Positions 25,443-37,974 of a stretch of DNA of 64,000 nucleotides are shown here, one piece after another. The first letter of the stretch is position 1, and each line of letters opens with the position of its first letter. Both the position numbers and the translations under genes were made by a program. Source of the stretch: Mobula hypostoma (lineage: Eukaryota); the NCBI RefSeq assembly GCF_963921235.1, contig NC_086097.1, forward strand, positions 216,940,001 through 217,004,000, given 5' to 3'. The notes under the pieces were generated by a model, which was not told the DNA's origin, did not search any database, and worked only from the letters and a program-made list of their open reading frames with translations.

Positions 25443-26379
25443 TGCGAGCAGAAAGATCCTGAGTGTCAGTAGATGACTAACGCTGTGGGATCCCAGCTAA
25501 TCAGCCAAAGTGAGCTTGTTGGCACTCAGGCTGGGCCAAGTTCTCCCCTCTAAGTACAGGGATGAACGAATGCTGATAATTTGAAAAAAGGACTCACTGT
25601 TTCCGATTGCAAAAGGCTACAGGCATTGTATAGGACTTTCCCAAGATCAGATGGGAATAATTAAACTAGCGTTATATTTGCAAAGACTTAGTGGGCAGAG
25701 GGTCCTGTTTCTGTACTATACTGCTCTATGTTCTACATTGTAAGGTCAGGGTTCAAATGTTGTTCAGGGTCTTTGACCCTGAAAACCAAAATTCAGCAAG
25801 GCAAGAGTACAAAAGGAGCCCTATAAGAGAGAAAGTTGAATTGGAGAATATGAAATAAATTCAAGGAATAATAATTGATAATGTTTAATACTGGAATCTT
25901 CAAGTTAGTAACATTATAAACATAATAATAAAACTTGTTTATGATTTGAAATTGCATTTCATTTATCAGAATATTTCTATGTTGAAAACGTTGTTCATTG
26001 GCATATTTATCCACTTTCTATGCTAAACTATATGCATGAAGATTTTATGAGTCTGAAAACTTTCACCTTTTACAGTTAAACAGATTGCAATGGTGAAGTC
26101 CGCTTATTCAGTACAATAAGTACACACTGTGTACAGTATCTCTGTGCTATTTAAAACTCTGGCTTCATTCCAGGATCAAGTGAGTCTGTGCAGAACTGTC
26201 AAGATTGTCAGTGGTCACGGTCCTGACATCAAAATATTTTAATAAAGCAAAATTTACACCTCAGAACAACACAGTTTTGGGGGCTTTGAATTTGGGAAGT
26301 TGACATTTGCGGTTCTCCTACAGATTGTTTTGATTAATTCTGGTAAAAGAACTTTTTTTTTTGTATGTCAGTGTTCAGA

Positions 26380-26545
26380 GAAACAGCTGTTTTGGATCTG
26401 AGTGCTGACAGGTGTAAGATTGGAGGGCCAGGGAGAGGGCAGACAGCAGCTCTGGAAGTCAACATCAGTCAGTGTCAGTTTCATATAAGGACACAGCAAA
26501 GTAAGCAAGCATAGCAACGGCTGACGTCGTGGAGCTAAAAACAAC
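26380..26545 (+). promoter_or_regulatory. Candidate striated-muscle proximal promoter of the MuRF gene
   Basis: AACAGCTGTT E-box at 26382-26391; TGACAGGTG at 26406-26414; CArG-like TCATATAAGG at 26481-26490; CRE-like TGACGTCG at 26522-26529; MEF2-like CTAAAAACAA at 26535-26544. All lie in TE-free sequence within 350 bp of the ATG. Confidence 0.55.
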
Positions 26546-26713
26546 ATCAACCCCACCAACCCAATCAAAGACAATGCACAAACACCAAGAAGCACTCTAG
26601 TCAATCAGGCCACAACCTCAGGGCAAGTAAGGAAGGAAGGAAGAGAAGCTGGACACAGTTTAATTTCTGAAAGTAATTGTACAAGTTAGACCTAAATCCT
26701 AAAGTTTTCTGAC

Positions 26714-26881
26714 ATGACAGCTTCCATGGATTATAACCTTTTATCCAATGATCGTCAAACCATGGACAACCTGGAAAAGCAGCTGATCTGCCCAATCTGT
26801 TTAGAATTATTCTCCAAACCAGTTGTTATTCTTCCATGTCAGCATAACCTGTGTCGGAAGTGTGCAAATGACATGTTCCAG
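26714..26881 (+). CDS. TRIM55: MuRF-family TRIM E3 ligase, coding exon 1 (N-terminal half of RING); most like TRIM55/MuRF2
   Basis: Translates [56 protein letters not shown] (56 aa), then donor CAG|GTAAGT, phase 0. The family is certain. The paralogue call rests on the N-terminus, which resembles TRIM55 MSASLNY...[11 protein letters not shown]. Confidence 0.85.
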
Positions 26882-27399
26882 GTAAGTTACTGATGGTGGG
26901 GAGGTGTGGTCACTGAAAGGAGAGAGTGGCAACTTAATTAATTTGTAACACTAACATCACAGTGTGAGTTCCTACTGAGGGTGTAAAGGAGTGAATCCAT
27001 TTTGAGATTGTTCAATAGGGCATTGGGGTACCGTTGCACCAACTGGAGTGGGGATGAGCAGGGTGTTCTGTGAAGATTTCACTTCAGAACATTTTCCCAT
27101 GAACTCTTTGGAAGACTGCTCTGTTCTGCATGTGGTTAATGAAAGTTTCATAAAGGAAATAAAATTGTTGAATGGTGGAAGCAGGAAATTAAGCCTGCCT
27201 TAAGAGTAGAGATAATAATTCCACCATGCTCCTAGCTAACTTCCATTTTCCTGTTCTTCAAAATATTCAATCAGTCTAAAGCCTATTATTCAAAATTAAC
27301 TCTATATATGCTGTCTCACATTAGATACTAGCTCAAATTTAAATCTGTATTCTTGCTTTCATATCTCACTGGGAAGCATAAGAGCTATTAGAAAAGTCG

Positions 27400-27920
27400 A
27401 AGTACGTACATACATATTGCCATATACTGCGTTGAGATTCATTTTCTTGCAAGCCTTTGCAGGAAAATAAAAAAATAAAATAATATTGATGAAAAATTAT
27501 AAATGAGTAAAGACTGACAGACAATCAATATGCAAAAGGAGACAGATTGTGCAAATAATAAAAAAAACTGAGAACATGAGTTGTAGAGTGATTAAAAACA
27601 AATCTATAGATTGTAGAATCAGTTCTGAGTTCTGGAGAGTGAAATTATCCACACCAGCTCAGGAGCCTGATTGTTCTAGGATAATAATTGTGTCGGAACC
27701 TGGTGGAGTAGGACCTAAGGCTCCTATATCTCCTGCTCAATGGTAGTAGTGAGAAGAGAACGTGGCCTGGATGACGGAGTCCTTGATGCTGGATGCCATT
27801 TTCTTGTGGCAGCGCTCCATGTAAGTGTGCTTAATGGTGGGGAGGGCTTTGCCAATGATGGACTGGGCTCTATCCACCACTTTTTATAGACTGCTTTATT
27901 CCTGGGCAATTGTGTTTCCA
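27400..27920 (-). mobile_element. Rex1/Babar 3' fragment
   Basis: Same tail family as 22463 (gagattcattttcttg...); reverse strand KVVDRAQSIIGKALPTIKH. Confidence 0.75.
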
Positions 27921-28149
27921 AGTATATCCACCTCTATGGATCCAAATGCCACTATTGCCTACCACTAGGTGCAGTGATTAGATTGCTGGACTAGTTATCC
28001 AGAAGCCTAAATATAGAAAATTTTGTTCAAACCCCATCACAGCAGCTATCAAAATTAAATTCATATTGAGAATATAAAAAAAGAGTCTGAGAAGTGATGA
28101 GCACCGTGTTATTAAAAATGCCCTGAAGGGAGAGAAATTTGGCATCGTT

Positions 28150-28682
28150 ACCTAAATTCTCCAATTCAACCTGCTCCCCCTGTATGCTTGTCCTTTCACC
28201 CCCTGATCCCCTGTAGTTCCTCACCCCAACCACCTTCACCCTGTTTCTTTGCCTCGGGCTATCCAATCCATCTGCCTATCCACACTCCTCCCACTAAGTG
28301 CTCCCTGCCCCCATTGTTCACATCTGCTCACCCTACCTCCGATTTGGTTCCTTGTTCCACCTTCCTTTCCTATCAGATTCCATCATCTGTAGCCCTCTGT
28401 CCCCCTTCAGCTATCGCCTTCCAGCATCTGCTGCCTTGTCCACTCTTCCTCCCCCATTCGCTTATCACCCGTCGCCATCACTCCTCTACCCTGGATCTAT
28501 CAATCCCTTGCCAATGTCTGTTCTATCCCTTCCCCACACCTCTTTCTACTGGTCATCTGCTTTCTATCATTCAATCCAGATGAAGGATCTCAACCCAAAA
28601 CATTGACAGTCCATTTCCCTCCACTGACCTGTGGTACTTTGTTTTCTGCTCCAGATCCCATCACCTGCAGTCTCTGTGTCTC
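28150..28682 (+). mobile_element. Old Penelope-like 3' region/pLTR
   Basis: Pyrimidine-rich tract, cctatcagattcc motif, decayed ccagatgaaggatctcaacccaaaacattgacag. Confidence 0.6.
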
Positions 28683-29379
28683 CTTGCCTGATCTGGACTC
28701 GATGTGACTCCATCCCTGATATTGACTCTCAGTATGCCCTCTGGAATGGGCTCTGTTCTTCAGAGACAGTGGAGGAAGGGCAACAAAAGCTGGTCATGCC
28801 AACAATGCCTGAAATATTAAAAGAAACGGGTTAACCTCAACTCCACCTTTGTGAAAGGGAAGCAATCCAGACCACATTGCTGTAGGATTCTCTCTCAGCC
28901 CACTAGACCCCCATACAAAGCCCGTCTCAAACCAGAGATCTCAGGAATTGGGGAATCAAGAGATATAGGCCCAATGCTAGAATATGGCACTGAGGTGATG
29001 AATTGACCATGATCTTATTGAATGGTAGAATGAAGATATGCCTGCTTCTGTTTCTTATATACTTAGCATACCTGTCTTTAAAATATCAAATGAGTCAAAG
29101 GAATGGGAATATTAATGTAGGGATTCCTTTTATATCTCTTCAGTCTTCCAATAGAGGTTCCATCTTGAATAATGTAAATTGCCCAGCAGACTCCCACTGC
29201 AACTGTAATAAAAATGCAATGGAACCGAGGAGGAACTGAGCTGTCATTGGGATCTCCTGGGCTTCACCATCTCATTAAGTGCTATGGCAAATCCATTTCT
29301 GGAGCTAGAGTCTACCCCTGAGTCTAGCAATTTTATATTAGTTCATACGTTTAACATAAAGCAAACACATTTTATTTAG

Positions 29380-29962
29380 TAATACAGCACGTAACAAGAC
29401 CTTCCAGTCCTACAAGGCCGGCATCACCATCATCATCATCACCACCATTATGTCCCGTGTCATATGATGTCGGCGATCATGGTCTTTCCATGATCATAAT
29501 TGTTCTTGGCAAACTTTTCTACAGAAGTGGTTTGCTATTGCCTTCTTCTGGGCAGTGTATTGAAAAGATGGGTGAAACCAGCCATTATCAAAACTCTTGA
29601 GAGATTGTCTGCCTGGCATCAGTGATCACATAACTAGGACTTGTGTTATGCACCAGCTGCTCATACAACCATTCACTACTTGCTACAGGAGCTACACCTT
29701 GCCCAAGGGTGACCTGCAGCCTAGCAGAGGGAAGGAGTGCCTTCCTCATCCTTTGGTAAAGATGTATCTCCACCCCACCACCCAGTTGCACCCATGTGAC
29801 CAATTAAACTACTCACCCATACATCTTAAGAATGTGGGAGGAAGCCAGAACACCCAGAGGAAACCAACTCAGTCACAGGGAGCACATGCAAACTCCTGAC
29901 AGACAGCGAAGGAATTGGACGATAGTCGCTGGTGCTGTGATAGAGTTGCGCTAACTGCTAGG
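29380..29962 (-). mobile_element. V-SINE-like element with an RTE-related SINE inserted at ~29430-29783
   Basis: tgtgggaggaagccagaacacccagaggaaacc...gtcacagggagcacatgcaaactcc is the reverse complement of the V-SINE central domain. The insert has a (TGA)n tail and GAAGGCAATAGCAAACCACTTCTG on the minus strand. Confidence 0.6.
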
Positions 29963-30649
29963 CTAGAGTTCTGCCCCAATATTCCAGCAATAATTAAATA
30001 AAACCAGAGAAAATGGAAAATACTCCGCAGGTCAGACAACACCTGTACGGAGAGAAACACAGTTTACTGTTCAGGTTGATGACCTTTTTATCAGAAATGA
30101 GAAAAGCTAGAAATCAAACATGAAAGAAGTGGAGAGAATAAAACAAGTATCTGTAGCAGGGTGGGGCGCAGGAAGGACTTTGGAGGAAATGAGCGGAGTC
30201 AAAGGCTAGTTGTGAAATGGGAGAATAAGTATAACCAGGTAATGGACAGTGATGGAGAATAGTTCCATCATGGTGAAAGATATGTGTACGTGCATTGTTA
30301 ACAGAAATGTAATGGTTTGAGATTGTGCAGAATTTGTGAATAGTCGGCAGATTGTGGCATCAACCCTCTACATTGTTGATTTGATGCCTCTTGAGCTCTG
30401 ACAAATGAGACATGATTTCATTGCAACATTAAAAAATTCCTTCCAGGGGTTGACAGAGTAGATATGGAGATTATGGCTTCAAGGTTAGCCATTCCTGAGG
30501 AAGCTTCTCTTGGAGGGTGATGAATCTTCAGAAATTGTTACCTACCAGGAATAGTATAGAGTTACTGCAGGGAAGTAGCACTGAGGTATAGTCCAGCCAT
30601 TACTTTATTGTATAGTAGAGTAAACACAAGGGCCACACAAATCAGGTTG

Positions 30650-33190
30650 GGCTGGATCCCAAGAGAGGGAATTTGTAGACTATCTACAAGAGGGCTTTTT
30701 AGAGCAGCTTGTGGTTGAGCCCACTGAGGGAATGTCAATTCTGGATTGGGTATTATGAAATTACCCATATTTGATTAGGAAGCTTAGGGTAAAGGAACCC
30801 TTACGAGACAATGATCATGATATGATAGAATTGCAGTTTGAGAGGGAGAAGCTAAAATCAGATGTATCAGTATTACCATGGAGGAAAGGGAATTATAGAG
30901 GCATGAGAGAGGATGATTGGAAGGAGACACTAGCAGGGATGACGGCAGAACAGCAATAGTTGGAGTTTCTGGGAGCAATTCAGAAGGCACAGGAAAGATA
31001 CCTCCCAAAGATGAAGAGGTATTCTAAAGGGAGCAAGAGGCAACTGTGACTAACAAGGGAAGTCAAAGACAGCGTAAAAGAAAAAGAGAGGGCATATAAT
31101 AGAGAAAAATTAGTGGGTAAATAGAGAATTGAGGAGCTTTTAAAAAGCAACTAAAAGACATAAAGAGAGAAAAGATGAAGTAAGTGAGCTAATAATATAA
31201 AAGAAGATACAGAAAGCATTTTCAGATATATAAAGAGTAAAAGAGAGATGAGAGTGGATATCATGTTACTGAAAAATGATGCTGGAGAGATAGTAATGGG
31301 AGACAAAGAAATGGCAGACAAACTTGATAAGTATTTATTTAGTACTTACTGTGGAAGACACTAGCAGAACGCCAGAAATGTGAGAGTGCCAGGGGGAAGA
31401 AGTGAGTGTTGTTGCTATTAGTAAGGAGAAGGTGCTTGGGAGGCAGAATAGTCTGAAGATAGATAAGTCACCTGGACCGGATGGACTACACCTCAGGGTT
31501 CTGAAAGAGGTAGCTGAAGAGATTGTGGAGGCATTAGTTGTTGTGACATGGATGAAATCACCGGACAGACAGAGTCACTGGTAGATACAAAGCAGCTTCT
31601 TTATTCAACACAACAAGGTACAGCAGGCATCATACAGACGGAGACGCTTTTGGTGGAAAGGTCTGCTAGCCCAATGTGGGCTCGATACTTATATGCTAAA
31701 CACAAAGGGCAATCACTATTTACAAAGTTATAGACCATGCATAGACAATGCTTCCTTTTGAAGCTACATACAAAACATCACACCTTCTGACTTCATCCTT
31801 TCCTCCTGACACCAACATTTCTGGGTTGGTACTCATAGCCTTTAGGAGTGCAAGTCAAATCCACAATAGAGTTATATGGTATTTTACATGCTAACATAGA
31901 GGACAATTAATTTTTATAAAGTATAGATAAGGCTGTCTTCGAAACTACCTGTAAACTTCACACTTCCATCTGCAGCGTCTGGCTAGTATTCTGATAATCA
32001 CAGCTTTTAGGAAATGCATTGTTGTGAACTCAATCCACAGTACTTAGTCAAACAGAGGACTGGTGGCCAGAGTCATTTAAGTGTAAATGAATCATCTACC
32101 CAAAAACTCACTCTAACATTAATAATGATCTCTCAAGAATCATTAAATTTTGGAATGGTACTGGAGGACTGGAAAACTGTAAATGTCACTCCACTCTTTA
32201 AGAAAGGAGGGAGGCAGAAGAAAGGAAATTATAAGCCATTTAGCTTGACTTCAGTGGTTGGAAAGGTGTTGGAGTCTACTATTAAAGAAGATGTTTTGGG
32301 GTACTTGGAAGCACATGACAAAATAGGCCAAAGTCAGCATTGTTTCCTTCAGGGGAAATCTTGTCTGATGAAACTGATAGAATACACTGAGGAACTAACA
32401 AGCAGGATAGACAAAGGAGAGTCAGTAGATGTTGTTTATTTGGATTTTTGGAAGGTCTTTGACAAGGTGCCACACATGATGTTGCTTAACAAGATAGCAG
32501 TCCATGGTATACAGGAAAGACACTAGCGTGGGTAGAAGATTGGTTGACTGACTAGGAGAAAGAGTGGGAATAAAGGTGGCCTTTTCTGGTTGGCTGCGAT
32601 TGACTAGTGGTGTGCTGCAGGAGTCAGTGTTGGGACCACTTCTTTTCACATTACATGTCAGTGATTTGGATGAAGGATGGCTTTGTGGCCAAATTTGTGA
32701 ATGGCACAAAGGTAGGTGAAGGAGCAGGTAGTGTTGAGAAAGCAGTGCCTGCAGAAAGACTTAAACAGATCGGGAGAATGGGCAACGAAATGGGGAGGGG
32801 TGCGGAAGGTAGTATAGAGAAGCGTCTTTGATAGAAGAAATAAAGGTGTGTAGAATAGAGTGGATGTTTCCTGTGGTGGTGAGTCTAGAACCAAAGGGGA
32901 CAGCCTCAGAACAGAGGGGCATGCATTTAGAACAGAGATGAGGAAAAATTTCTTTAGCCAGAGGGTGGTGAATCTGTGGATTTCATTGCCACTGATAGCT
33001 GTACAGGCCAAGTCATTGGGCATATTTAAGTCAGATGTTTATAGTTTCTTTTAATAACCTGGGCGTCAAAGGTTACAGGGAGAAGGCAGGAGAATGGGAT
33101 TGAGAGGGAAAATAAATCACCCAGAATGAAATGGTGGAGCAGACTCAATGGGCCGAATGGCCTAATTCTGCTCCTCTGTCTTATGACCTT
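30650..33190 (+). mobile_element. CR1 LINE, decayed (end of endonuclease through tail), split by a solo LTR
   Basis: LRVKEPLRDNDHDMIE, KSPGPDGLHLRVLKEVAEEIVEALV | MISQES...NVTPLFKKGGRQKKGNYKP...YLDFWKVFDKV; CR1 tail at 33140-33190. Confidence 0.88.
31539..32118 (-). mobile_element. Solo LTR, 580 bp
   Basis: TGTT...AACA termini. Flanks TTAGT (31534-31538) and TTAAT (32119-32123) form a 5-bp TSD with one mismatch. It interrupts the CR1 frame at EALV|MI. AATAAA on the minus strand near 31600. Confidence 0.75.
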
Positions 33191-33620
33191 ACGGACATGA
33201 CATTTATTGTTTTGAGCAGCACAACAATGCAAAGACATAAAATTACCATAAATTATATTAAATAAATAAATATTGCAAAACAAACAGTAGGCCATTCAGA
33301 AATCTGATGGCAGAAGGGAAGCAGCTGTTTCTGACTCCTGCATTTCCGTTCGGATGGCAGTAACAAGAAGAAGACGAGTCCCAGATACTCCTGGTCCTTA
33401 GTGATAGATGCCACCTTTTTGAGGTACAGCCTCATGAAGATGGATATGGATGATAGTGGGCATGTGGTGATGCAGGATTTCAATGACACATGTGTATTGA
33501 GGCTGCAACATTGCAAAAGAGATTACAAGACCATCTGAATGTATAGTTGGTTTGAAATCATAACAATGAACATTTTTGAAGACCCAGGTGGCAGCAAATG
33601 GGGCTTTTATTTTGAACCAC

Positions 33621-33834
33621 ACACAAAATGCTGGAGGAACTCAGCAGGTCAGACAGCATCTATGGAAAAAAGTACATTCGGCGTTTCCAACTGAGACCCT
33701 TCAGCAGGACTGCTGTAAGGTCCCACCCAGAACGTCGACTGGACTCTTTTCCATAGATGCTGTCTGGCCTGCTGAGTTCCTCCAGCATTCTGTGTTTTGC
33801 TTGGATGTCCAGCATCTGCAGATTTTCTCTTGTT
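33621..33834. mobile_element. Inverted (palindromic) pair of Penelope-like pLTR ends
   Basis: acacaaaatgctggaggaactcagcaggtcagacagcatctatggaaa (from 33621) is the reverse complement of tttccatagatgctgtctggcctgctgagttcctccagcattctgtgt (to 33795). Confidence 0.85.
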
Positions 33835-34542
33835 TTGTTATTTTATTTTGTACCAGTATATTCTACCCTTCACCTCCCTCAAAGCAAACTTGAACGTAAG
33901 GACTATCCTGTCAGCACCCAACCCCTGCTTGAAATCCACACATGTGAGAACACAATGTTGTTGGCTAGGAGCAACTACATGTGGTAAGTCATGCAACCAA
34001 CTACAGCCTAACTGAGGTATCCTCAAACATTACCCTGGCCGCTGTAAAACAACCTCGCATCATACAACAGAGCAAGTCACCAAGTTTGTTTTATTCCACA
34101 ATCTGCTGAACTACCTGGCTCAGCATTTGCCAGCACCGGCTCATCAGAATGGAGAGGAGGTGGAGGAAAAGAGAATATAAAGCAAGATTTGTCTTTGATC
34201 TGGAAATCAGTGAGCAACAAACCGGATTTTGCTTTCAAACAATTCCAGTCTTTCATTCCGTTTGCAATCTCCATTAACCCTTCCATCTGTTTCTGACCAT
34301 CCACTTAACCACAGACACAGAACGATAGAGAGCACCAAATCAACATCCCAGAGCATATTCACTCATGCAGCTATGACACAAAGCATGTCAATGTCAACTG
34401 ATTGTCCTTGTGTAAATTAATATTTAAACAGAGCAAAACTGCAAAATGTTGACAGACCAAACAACCTGGAGGTCCTAATGCATGCAACACATAAAGTTGG
34501 CGTTCAGGTGCATAAAGTATTGAGGAAGGCAAATGGAATGTT

Positions 34543-35378
34543 CTCAAGGAGCTGATTATTGACTTCAGGAGGAGGAAACCAGAGGTCTATGAGTCAATCC
34601 TTACCGGGAGATCAGAGGTGGAGAGGGTCAGAAACTTTAAATCCCTCTGTGTTATCATTTCATAGGATCTGTCCTGGGTCTAGAGCAATTACAAAGAAAG
34701 CACGGTGGCACCTCTACTTCCTCAGAGGTTTACAGATTCAGCATGACATCTAAAACTTTGACAAACTTTTGGAGGTGTGTGATGAGGAGTATATTGACTG
34801 GTTGCATCAAGGCCTGCTATTGAAACAGCAATGCCCTTGAACAGAAAATCCTACAAAAAGTAGTGGATATGTCGCAGTCTATCACAGGTAAAGCCCTCCC
34901 TACTATTGAGACGCGTCCTGTCACAGCAAAGCAGCATCCAACTTCAAGGACCTCCACCACCTCTCACTGCTGCCATCAGGAAGAAGGTAGAGGAGCCTCA
35001 GGGCCTTCACCATCAGGTTCAGGAACAGTTATTATCCCTCAAGCATAAGCCCCTTGAACCAGTGGGTATAACTTCACTCGCCCCATCACCGAACTGTTCC
35101 CACAACCGATCGCTCACTTGCAAGGACTCGTCATCTCATGTTATCAATATTTATTGCTTATTTATTTATTAATATTCTTTTTTTTTCCTTTTGTATTTAA
35201 TCAGTCTGTTGTCTTTTGCACATTGGTTGTTTGTCCGTCCCGTTGGTGCGGTCCTTCATTGATTCTGTTGTGTTTTTTGACTTACTGAGCACACCTACAA
35301 GAAAACGACTCTCAGGGTTGCATGTGATGACAAATATGTACTTCAATAATAAGTTTACTTTGAACTTTGAAGTTTGAA
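34543..35378 (+). mobile_element. Rex1/Babar 3' part
   Basis: KELIIDFRR...ERVRNFK...AITKKARWHLYFLR...KVVDMSQSITGKALP; tail aataagtttactttgaactttgaa. Confidence 0.85.
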
Positions 35379-37974
35379 GTTTATTAGAGGTATGAAATAT
35401 AACATTAAGGAGGATTTTTGTACAATTTTCAGGGTTCTGGTGAGATTTCTACTGGAATATTGCATATAATTTTGGTCTATATTTAAGGGAAACTGTACCA
35501 GCATTAGATGCAGCACAGGGAATGTCCACTAAACAGATTCTTGGGATGAATGTGAAGTGACGTTACTGATTTGGAGTGCGAGCTGACAGGGTAGGTACAG
35601 AGAAAATATCTCTTCTGGTGGGTGTTGTCTGGAAGTACGGGGGGGCGGGGGGAATAGTTTTTAGAATAAGGGATCACCCATTTAAGGAGGAGGTGAGGAG
35701 GAATTTCTTCTAAATGTTTGTGATTCTTTGGATTCTCCACTCCAGAGAGTTGCAGAGATTGACAGGGACATGGGGAGGGAATGGGGAAGTGGTATTCAGG
35801 CCATATATGAATCAATGAACAGACTCAGTGGGCTAATTGCTCCACTCTGCTCCTGTTGCTTTTGCTTTTATAATGCATTCCTTGTAATGTGTACTCCTTT
35901 ATGGACTTTTTGCTGTTTGTCAATGGCTGCTACATAGATAGTAGCAGGTTGCTGACTGTTAATGACTTTGGAGGATGACCTCGAGGAGCGCTGCCCTGGC
36001 TTTCGATCGTGCCCTGTGACTCCGAATGACTGACACACAAAAGTACTTAAAAATAACAGTGCAGAGACCAGCCTAAGGAATGTCAGTACTTACATTTTGC
36101 CAAGCCATTCTGAGCCCAGGTTTGCACTTCACAGCCCCCGGTAATCTCTTAAAGGATGGGTAGCTGGTGTTCTATGCACCCACAAAGCCCCTTCAGACTC
36201 TGCTACCACAGCCATTACGGCAGTAGTCGGATCTTGTATGGTTCACAATTAACCTCCATAAGAGTAATTTGAGCTTGTATGGCAGACTGCATGCACCAAC
36301 TGAGTAGAAACCACAACACTCAGACTCTAAATAGATTGCTTTGCCAAACAAGCTGATACGTTGAGAATTAGATACTGCACGAGGATACAATTGGCAAAAA
36401 TATAAATGGAAGTGGCTATGATTTCTCTCTGCTCCTTTTCAGCAGACATGTCAATAAACCAAGTGTTTCTTATGTATGTCCATCAGCTTTGACAGGCACA
36501 TCAAAAACGTATGTAATTTCCAACAACAGAGTCCATGCGCAATGTTGCCTTTTGAGGAGCCAATACATGGATGTCTATTATCTACCCAGTAGATAAAGGA
36601 CCTCTGCCCAACTCCCTACCTTATGTTGTGTTTGCAAATCTAGGTGCTTGCAGTAACCTGCGTTTTGATGCACTTCCCACAATGTAAGGATTGATAGGAT
36701 GCATTTTACTTCAGCCTTTAACACTCCATTAGCACACCCAACTTGACAGTGCTAGCCAGACGTGAAGCAGGCCCCATGAAGCCATAAGGCAATAAACAGC
36801 ATGGTGGGCCACGAATCATCTCTGAAATCCTTGTAACAATCTTTAATGTTGACAATGTTGTCAAATGAATGTCCAAAGTTCCTGTAACAGCTTCATTCCC
36901 ACTATTTTACTGGAAGGATCAAATTATCGAAAATAAATAGAAGAAAGTAGGGATGAAATTACAGAGGAGGGGACTTTAAATGTATTTATGTAAGTAAGTT
37001 GTTTGCAGCCATTTTTGTGCATAGTCCATTTTTGTTAATGTATCTGATAGATTTGTATTTATTCTGTACAACCTCCATAGAAACTAAGCTACCTAAAGTA
37101 GTTGTTTCCAGTAGTATCATACTCATTCTCCTGTCAATAGTATGAACAGAAAATTAAGCTCTTTACCTTCTTTTTTTAAAAAAGTTTATAGTTTAGATGT
37201 ACCCATAACTGGGAAATGTGCTTCAAAGTCTGCACCAGGACAAGAAGTTTTTTTTTGACATGAGCCAGCACAGGAAGCTGCAGCTGCACATTTCTACTCC
37301 CTGCAGCTTGACCTGTATTTCCCTGACAGCTCATGCCATGGGGATAGTTGGCAGAGATACAGTCCCATGTGTCTCACTCTGCCTGACGACTGTGCAGGCT
37401 GACTACACCAGCTAAAATGGTTGCATGTTGAATGTCATCCAGGTCTTGCTGCAGATGGGCAAAAACTGTTTCATTACCTGAATAGCAGAACTAAACAGTG
37501 TGCAACCATTGCCAAGTTTTCCCAGTGGTGAGATTATCATAAAGAGAAGGTCATTAAAGAACCAACTGAGGATGGTGATACAGAAGACATACAGGAGTGA
37601 GATAGATCAGCTGACACAACCTTCCTCATCTTCGAGGCCATCTTCAAGAGGCAATGTCTCAAGAAGGCAGCATCCATCGCGAAAGACCCTCACCACCTGG
37701 GACAAGAAGGGAAGCACCACTTCTAGTAGGGCTGTATCATTGAATCTCCAATAGCCAGTGGAAACTTGATGAGCAGATGTGTAGAGGAATTGCTCATAGT
37801 TATTCTTAGAACTTAGTATTAGTGGGAGACTTTAAATGCTGCGGTATTGATTGGGCCACACAGAGTGTTAAGGGCCTAAACAAAGTGGAACTTGTGAAAT
37901 ATTTCCAGGAAATTTCCTGAAGGACCTACTTAGGAAGGTGCTACACTGGACCTCCTCTTGGGAAATGAGGCAGG

